A stretch of 64,000 nt of DNA from an uncultured Rikenellaceae bacterium (GTDB lineage Bacteria; Bacteroidota; Bacteroidia; Bacteroidales; VadinHA17), in contig CAZWLP010000002.1 of NCBI GenBank assembly GCA_964634565.1, forward strand, positions 26,856 to 90,855. The letters are read 5' to 3'. The notes under the pieces were generated by a model. That model did not search any database, was not told the origin of the DNA, and worked only from the letters and a program-made list of their open reading frames with translations. Shown here in pieces: positions 58,698-64,000 of this stretch. Numbering within the stretch: the first letter of the stretch is position 1; each line of letters begins with the position of its first letter. Position numbers and translations under genes: made by a program.

Positions 58698-60323
58698 ATG
58701 AATTTCAAGGAAACACTTATAAACGGGGAACAGGGCTTATTTAAAGCAGAATCCCTTACTGCAATGCAGAAGCTTACCCTTCGCTTTGTCGTGGTTGGAC
58801 TGGTATATTATCTTTTCGTGCTTGTTGAGGGTATGATAATGAGAGTTTATGAAGTTGAACAGGTGAGTATGTTCACTGATAAGCAATTCTTTGCCATTTT
58901 AACAGCCCATCCCCTGGTTGGGATATTCGGATCGACCTATGCTATAGTAATGGGTGCATTTTTGTTTCTGGTGCCATATCTGATGAAAAAACCCCTGTAC
59001 AGCATGAAACTGGCGCACTGGAACTGGATTCTTCTTACTGCCGGTACCTTTATTTTCTGGTTTGCCGGATTCGTATCACATTATTCTCCCCTCTATACCC
59101 TCTACTGGCCCCTGCCGGCAGATTTTACACAATTTGATCCTCTTGGCGGAACATTTTTTGTGCTTGGGATTGCAATTCTGATGGTTGGAGCCTTATTCTT
59201 TATCATAAATATTTTTAAAACAATAAGCTATACCCCCGAGGGTTGGGAAAAACAACCTGCAGGAAAGCTACTGGGATCTGCTCTGGGTACATCAGGCCTG
59301 GCTAATCTTTTCAGGAAAAAGAAAGAAAGAAAAGATCATCTTGTTTCATTGCCGGTTGCGGCTATTGCACGCGGAACGGTCGACATGGCCCTGAATACCG
59401 GTATTATACTGTTTACCGGGGTTCTTATTCTGATATATATGATAGGCCATCTTATCGGCCACAGTCTTGATAACACTGCAGTTGATGCCCTTTTATACAA
59501 AAACTGGTTCTGGTGGGGACTTGACCTTATTGCGGACGGACTGGTATTGATATTTGTAGCCGGAACCTGGTACCTGCTGGCAACAATGATTACCGGCAAG
59601 AAACTCTTTATGCAGAATATTGCAAGGGCAGCACTGCTGGTTGAACTTATTGTCTCCTGGACGGTCTGGTCACATCATTTGCTCTCCGACCAGGCTCAGC
59701 CCGGATTCCTTAAAGTACTGTCGGGCGAAATGGTAACAGCCTTTGAACTGATCACTCAGGGACTGGCATTCTTTATTACGCTGGCAACACTCTGGGCCGC
59801 ACGTCCCCTAAAGATGACTAACGAACTAAAATTCCTACTGGGAGGATTGCTTGGCTTTGCTCTTGCTGTTCCGGCAGGTATTATGCAGGCAGATGTTGGT
59901 CTGAACAGGATACTTCATAACACCCAGTGGGTAGTTGGCCCTCATGTTCATGTGGCCATCCTTGTAGGACTTACAATGACCCTCTATGCTGCCATTTATA
60001 TCTTGCTGCCCATTCTTACCAATGGGGCTAAATTATATAGCCAGAAACTGGCTAATATACATTTCTGGCTGCACCTTGCCGGCGGAATCGGAATGGGTGC
60101 ATTTATGGGAATGGCCGGGTTGAAGGGAATGCTCAGACGCACCCTGTATTTTGACGGCGAATACGATCTCTATATGATTCTTGCCATGATATGCGGCGCA
60201 CTTCTGTTGATAGCCTTCCTTGTATTTTTTATAAATATCGTTATGACCATTGGACTAAAAGGTCTTCTGGGTATATTTAAGGCAACTAAAAACAAGGACC
60301 TGAAACTTGTGCCCGACGCTTGA
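58698..60323 (+). CDS. Heme-copper oxidoreductase superfamily subunit I homologue with Asp-His-His active-site ligand set (gNOR-like candidate nitric oxide reductase)
   Basis: 541 aa. His71 (LTAHPLV), His326-His327 (WSHHLL), and His407/416/418 in [14 protein letters not shown]. The helix VI block is FWWGLD276LIADG instead of FFGHPEVY or VVHLWVEG. Confidence 0.75.
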   Translation: MNFKETLINGEQGLFKAESLTAMQKLTLRFVVVGLVYYLFVLVEGMIMRVYEVEQVSMFTDKQFFAILTAHPLVGIFGSTYAIVMGAFLFLVPYLMKKPLYSMKLAHWNWILLTAGTFIFWFAGFVSHYSPLYTLYWPLPADFTQFDPLGGTFFVLGIAILMVGALFFIINIFKTISYTPEGWEKQPAGKLLGSALGTSGLANLFRKKKERKDHLVSLPVAAIARGTVDMALNTGIILFTGVLILIYMIGHLIGHSLDNTAVDALLYKNWFWWGLDLIADGLVLIFVAGTWYLLATMITGKKLFMQNIARAALLVELIVSWTVWSHHLLSDQAQPGFLKVLSGEMVTAFELITQGLAFFITLATLWAARPLKMTNELKFLLGGLLGFALAVPAGIMQADVGLNRILHNTQWVVGPHVHVAILVGLTMTLYAAIYILLPILTNGAKLYSQKLANIHFWLHLAGGIGMGAFMGMAGLKGMLRRTLYFDGEYDLYMILAMICGALLLIAFLVFFINIVMTIGLKGLLGIFKATKNKDLKLVPDA

Positions 60324-60347
60324 AAAATAATTAGATAATGCTTTTTG

Positions 60348-60382
60348 AGAGGCGGCAAAACTTGTCGCCTCTTTTTGTTTTT
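60348..60382 (+). terminator. Strong rho-independent terminator closing the nine-gene island
   Basis: Stem agaggcg(gcaa) / (ttgt)cgcctct (60348..60372), then ctttttgttttt. Confidence 0.85.
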
Positions 60383-60391
60383 ACAGGCTCG

Positions 60392-60532
60392 AAAAGCGCC
60401 GCATGACCCCCCAGGCTGGTAATGCTGTTCAAGCAATTTTACCTTTAAGCCACTCTTTGCCAGGAGGGCGGCCGCTGTCAATCCGCTTATTCCTGCACCA
60501 ATAACAATTACATCTGATCTGGGATCACTCAT
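60392..60532 (-). pseudogene. 5' fragment of about 47 codons of an FAD-dependent (CrtI-like) oxidoreductase gene
   Basis: [47 protein letters not shown] is followed by unrelated sequence. That sequence reads through the island terminator and antisense into 58698..60323. Confidence 0.7.
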
Positions 60533-60635
60533 TTTAAAAACTGAATAGCCTTCCTAAATCTATAAAGAATTATTTACTTTTTCCTTATGATATAATCCCG
60601 GGTTTCTTTCCAGGGAGGACCCAGTCTGTAGTAGT

Positions 60636-60818
60636 GGGCTCGAATGCGACCCCTGATTATGAGTGTTATTTTTTCGATATCTTATTTACTTTTCAAAAAA
60701 TCAATCATTTGGTTTACAATCGACATTAACAGAAGTTTATGCTTTTAAACCGGTATAATTAACTGTTCATCTAATGTAAGATATTTCCCTGCTTTACATG
60801 GATTTGTAGAGATACAGG
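60636..60818. repeat. Direct repeat copy R (left of the FGE-like gene)
   Basis: gggctcgaatgcgacccctgattatgagtgttatttttt (60636..60674) and tgtaagatatttccctgctttacatggatttgtagagatacagg (60775..60818) both recur at 62694..62776. This copy carries about 100 extra bp between the two parts. Confidence 0.7.
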
Positions 60819-60965
60819 CTCAGTAACTGACGGTGTTCTTATAACTATCCGTTTGATAGATTTAATGATATTCAGTGTTTTTCTTAAAACTATTTTGGGG
60901 CCAATAGTAGCTGCAAGATGCTTAGGTTCTGCATCGACATGTTGAATAATATCTTCAATTTTCAA
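60771..60965 (-). CDS. Hypothetical 64-aa ORF (doubtful)
   Basis: ORF track only. Its 3' end (..SLQIHVKQGNILH*) lies in repeat R, and a remnant ..PASMQIHVKQ* occurs in repeat R'. No family recognised. Confidence 0.25.
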   Translation of the reverse strand: MKIEDIIQHVDAEPKHLAATIGPKIVLRKTLNIIKSIKRIVIRTPSVTEPVSLQIHVKQGNILH

Positions 60966-61074
60966 TCATGATTTTTGCTATAAAGAGTCTTTTTGCTAGT
61001 TTCGGGCTTATTTTGCCTGACCAGGGAAAGGCATGAAAGAATATGATAGCGTATAAATTTTAAAATTAGCAGAA

Positions 61075-62628
61075 ATGACTACTGATTACACCAATCCGGA
61101 ACTGGATAAAAATGGCGGGGAAGAGGAAGCCAGGCCTCTAAAGCCAGGAATACTTTCAATTTTATTTTCTTTTATTAATTCAGCCATAATATTAACAATT
61201 GGATTGATATTTACAGTAAGCGCCCTGGGGATAGATACTTCTGGCAATATTCTGCCAAAGCAATTTTATCAGAGCGGATTTTTCTGGGTGCTGGCAATTG
61301 TTGCCTCTTTAGGTGTTTTAGCAAGAGAAGGGTTTGCTGATATACGTATTGGCAGCAAAAGTTCTTCCGGTAAATTCAGGGAGTCAATGGATATGACCGA
61401 TCAGATGGGAGCCGGTTGCATGTCAATGCTACAACCATTCGCAGTAGGAGCCGGATTGGCGCTAATACCTTATTATCTTTTATATTGGCTGGCAGGAATG
61501 ACCATAAAGGCTTTTCCATATATTTTAGTTGCTTTGATTGGAGTTATTGCTATCACTCTGGTTGTCTTTTTTATCCTGCTGATACCAAAAACCGGGAGTA
61601 GAGGAATACGTATAGCCTATCATTTGATCATATTTGTTATTTCTGGTGGAATATTGATGTTGGTACTACCCAGGGTATCTCAAACAGAGGCCTTTATGAA
61701 AATCTCCGGAACCTATGATGAAAGGGTTGAGAATTACTACCTGGCCGGAGAATTGGAACTTGTTAAAGGAGGAAAATTTATGATGGGAAGTAACGATGAA
61801 TATATGCCTGAAAATGTGAGACCTGTTCATGAGGTTGAGCTTTCTGATTATTATCTTGGCAAATATGAAGTTACATTAAAACAGTTTTATGATTTTATTG
61901 AAGATTCGGACTATATAACTACGGCAGAAAAAAGGAGATATAGTTATATCTTTAATGATGAGTCGTTTGTAAAAAGGAATGGTGTGGATTGGAGGTTTGA
62001 TGGCAGGGGAGATACAACATATTATTCCTGGGCGAAAGAAGAGTACCCGGTGGTTCATGTTTCCAGAGATGATGCGTTTGCCTATTGTGAATGGTTATCT
62101 GAAAAAACAGGTCAAAAATATCGTCTGCCAACTGAAGCCGAATGGGAGTATGCTGCCCGCGATGGGAAAAAAGATAAGGGAAGAATATATAGCGGATCGA
62201 ATAATAATAAAAAGGTTGCATGGTACGAAGGCTCTAAGGGAAGAAAGAGCTTGAGGCCACATAAGATTGGCAATAAAAAGAAGAGCAAACTGGGGTTTTA
62301 TGATATGAGTGGTAATGTAAGAGAGTTATGTTCTGATTATTTTGGTTCCTATACAGATTCAGAATTGCAGGTTAATCCTACCGGGCCTGAAAAAGGATCC
62401 TTTCTGTCTGTAAGAGGAGGAGGATATAATAGTACTTTTCGTCAGATAAGGGTTTATGCCAGGGATTCAATTCCAACGATGAATACCTATGGTGATCTGG
62501 GATTTAGAATTGTCAGGGAAATAGGAGAAGAGCCTCAGGTATATAAGATTTTATTCGATGCTTTTTTTGGTAAAAAGAACAAAGAATCATCTGAGGCAAA
62601 AAAAGAAGATGACCCGGTGTTAGAATAA
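61075..62628 (+). CDS. Multi-TM membrane protein with C-terminal FGE-sulfatase (SUMF1/EgtB/PvdO) domain lacking the FGE catalytic Cys pair
   Basis: About five hydrophobic helices in the first 210 aa. These are followed by GGKFMMGSN..., YRLPTEAEWEYAARDG, GNVRELCSDYF and VRGGGYNSTFRQIRVYAR. Confidence 0.8.
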   Translation: MTTDYTNPELDKNGGEEEARPLKPGILSILFSFINSAIILTIGLIFTVSALGIDTSGNILPKQFYQSGFFWVLAIVASLGVLAREGFADIRIGSKSSSGKFRESMDMTDQMGAGCMSMLQPFAVGAGLALIPYYLLYWLAGMTIKAFPYILVALIGVIAITLVVFFILLIPKTGSRGIRIAYHLIIFVISGGILMLVLPRVSQTEAFMKISGTYDERVENYYLAGELELVKGGKFMMGSNDEYMPENVRPVHEVELSDYYLGKYEVTLKQFYDFIEDSDYITTAEKRRYSYIFNDESFVKRNGVDWRFDGRGDTTYYSWAKEEYPVVHVSRDDAFAYCEWLSEKTGQKYRLPTEAEWEYAARDGKKDKGRIYSGSNNNKKVAWYEGSKGRKSLRPHKIGNKKKSKLGFYDMSGNVRELCSDYFGSYTDSELQVNPTGPEKGSFLSVRGGGYNSTFRQIRVYARDSIPTMNTYGDLGFRIVREIGEEPQVYKILFDAFFGKKNKESSEAKKEDDPVLE

Positions 62629-62693
62629 TAAATAGCCCGGCAGGCCCAGCTGGGCTTCCGCCTTCGCCTGGGCTACGTCGGACATGCTTCTCG

Positions 62694-62776
62694 CCCTCGA
62701 ATGCGACCCCCTGATTATGAGAGTTATTTTTGTGTAAAATATTCTATTGTTTTACATGGATTTGCATAGATGCTGG
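62694..62776. repeat. Direct repeat copy R' (right of the FGE-like gene)
   Basis: ccctcgaatgcgaccccctgattatgagagttattttt followed directly by gtgtaaaatattctattgttttacatggatttgcatagatgctgg. It is preceded by the GC-rich stretch gggcttccgccttcgcctgggctacgtcggaca. Confidence 0.7.
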
Positions 62777-62882
62777 CAAAAAAACTGGTACTAATTATTG
62801 GGATGTAAATTTTAGTAAGGGGGTCAAACTGGTCTGTTTTTTTATAAACCAGTTCATTTAGAAGTGCCCATATTTAAGGGGT

Positions 62883-64000
62883 TTATTGAGAAATAACAGA
62901 CTTAATTCGATCAATATTCTTAATTGAAATAACAGAAATATTTGTATCAAGTATATAATCCTTCTCTCCCGGATATATTATCCACAAATGTTCTATCTCG
63001 AGGTCAGTTATACAGGCATGCAATGATTTTGTTTTCTTCGGAGCATCCTGAAATTTTATTTCTATACCCCAGTTTTTGCCGTTTTTCAAAAAAAACAAAT
63101 CCAATTCAGCTCCGGAATGTGTTGCGTAAAAATAAATTTCTTCATCACTCAGTTCCAAAATACGAATGCAGTTGAACATGGTGAAAGTTTCCCAGGACGA
63201 TCCCAGTTTATTGTGATTAATAAGCTGCTTAGTTGTATTTAACGAGAGCAATGAATGAAAGATACCTGTGTCATTAAAGTATAGCTTTGGACTTTTTACA
63301 AGACGTTTACCTATATTTTTGAAATAAGGTCTTAGAAGTCTGATCATAAATGTTCCTTCTAGCAATTCTATATAATTTCTTGCTGTTGTATCAGAGATTC
63401 CAAATGACCTGGATAATTCTGAAAAATTGATAATTTGACCATTGTAATTACTAAGCATCATCCAGAATCGACGAAGGGTATGTGCAGGAATACTTATGCC
63501 CAATTGAGGGATATCACGTTCCAAGAATGTAGTAATAAAATTATCTCGCCAAAGCATGCTTGCTTCTTCGTTTTCAGCAAGGTAAGACCTGGGAAATCCT
63601 CCTCTTAGCCATAGTTTATCAATATTTTCAATTCCAGTTTCTTCAATATTAAATCCATGCAAATAATGATATGCAATTCGTCCTGCCAAAGTCTCGCTGC
63701 TTTGTCTGATCAATTCCCTGGAAGCACTTCCAAGTATAACATAGTTTTGCTTTGGATTTGAATCAATTAAATATCTTAAAACTGGAAAGAGATCTGATTT
63801 TCTTTGTATTTCATCAATAACAATTGTCCCGTCTAATTTACCAAGGGTAAGTGCCGGGTTTTCCAAGGCGGTTAAATCAGCTGGGTTTTCAAGATCGAAA
63901 TAATGTTGGGCATTCAATTGTTTTGCCAGGGTCGTTTTTCCTGTTTGCCGGGCACCCAACAGGGCAGTTACTGGAAATATTGATTGTAATTTTTTAACTT
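62883..64000 (-). CDS. AAA+ ATPase with DUF4143-like C-terminal domain (5' end outside window)
   Basis: The frame stays open to base 64000: ...FPVTALLGARQTGKTTLAKQL (Walker A), TIVIDEIQR (Walker B). The C-terminal half is typical of orphan ATP-binding/DUF4143 proteins. Confidence 0.8.
   Translation of the reverse strand, partial: VKKLQSIFPVTALLGARQTGKTTLAKQLNAQHYFDLENPADLTALENPALTLGKLDGTIVIDEIQRKSDLFPVLRYLIDSNPKQNYVILGSASRELIRQSSETLAGRIAYHYLHGFNIEETGIENIDKLWLRGGFPRSYLAENEEASMLWRDNFITTFLERDIPQLGISIPAHTLRRFWMMLSNYNGQIINFSELSRSFGISDTTARNYIELLEGTFMIRLLRPYFKNIGKRLVKSPKLYFNDTGIFHSLLSLNTTKQLINHNKLGSSWETFTMFNCIRILELSDEEIYFYATHSGAELDLFFLKNGKNWGIEIKFQDAPKKTKSLHACITDLEIEHLWIIYPGEKDYILDTNISVISIKNIDRIKSVISQ

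Noticed and set aside
60170-60532. 120-aa minus-strand ORF taken as an intact gene
   Set aside because: Only the first ~47 residues resemble an FAD-binding N-terminus. The rest reads through a terminator hairpin and antisense into the subunit I gene. It is called a gene fragment instead.
60636-60660. ctcgaat-containing motif considered as a tRNA 3' fragment (possible att site)
   Set aside because: The flanking bases cannot form a T-stem or acceptor stem. No cloverleaf could be drawn, and no tRNA gene was seen anywhere in the window.
25500-64000. Calling the accessory half a mobile element or integrative island
   Set aside because: No integrase, transposase, relaxase, tRNA target or terminal inverted repeats were found. 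Only gene fragments and short direct repeats are present, which support rearrangement but not a defined mobile element.

Overview
The window is a gene-dense, AT-rich stretch of bacterial chromosome. It is very probably from a Bacteroidota genome: TAnnTTTG-type -7 boxes, no Shine-Dalgarno sequences, frequent TTG/GTG starts, typical Bacteroidota protein families, and the 'gtcattccgaa...tcgaaatgac' extragenic repeat. I saw no rRNA, tRNA, CRISPR array, integrase or transposase. Bases 1-25,500 are mostly housekeeping: pheS 3' end, an OsmC-family gene, Crp/Fnr regulators, ruvB, a MORN-repeat protein, nadA, rpiB, Rrf2, hemW, a PurF-like gene, an M16 peptidase, pdxH, an acyl-CoA ligase and others. Bases 25,500-64,000 look accessory. 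They hold (i) an ArsR-controlled arsenic island with a cytoplasm-to-periplasm thiol relay; (ii) two RND efflux systems, each with a two-component system, one pump being an in-frame CzcA-type pump::TolC-like fusion of 1454 aa; (iii) a secreted caspase-TPR protein followed by a sensor-nucleotidyltransferase/metallophosphoesterase pair; (iv) a nine-gene co-directional island (52.2-60.4 kb): Rrf2, PepSY-TM, cupin, DUF438, DUF1858, DUF438, Rrf2, then a heme-copper-oxidase-like subunit II and subunit I; and (v) a membrane-anchored FGE/SUMF1-like protein flanked by direct repeats, next to a DUF4143-type ATPase cut by the window end. In island (iv), subunit II has lost its CuA ligands and subunit I has Asp in place of the first active-site His. 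That fits a gNOR-like, biochemically uncharacterised candidate nitric oxide reductase. The island is bracketed by two about 86% identical 5' fragments of an FAD-oxidoreductase gene. It is the best candidate for something new in this window. All calls rest on reading the supplied translations and DNA by eye; no searches were run.
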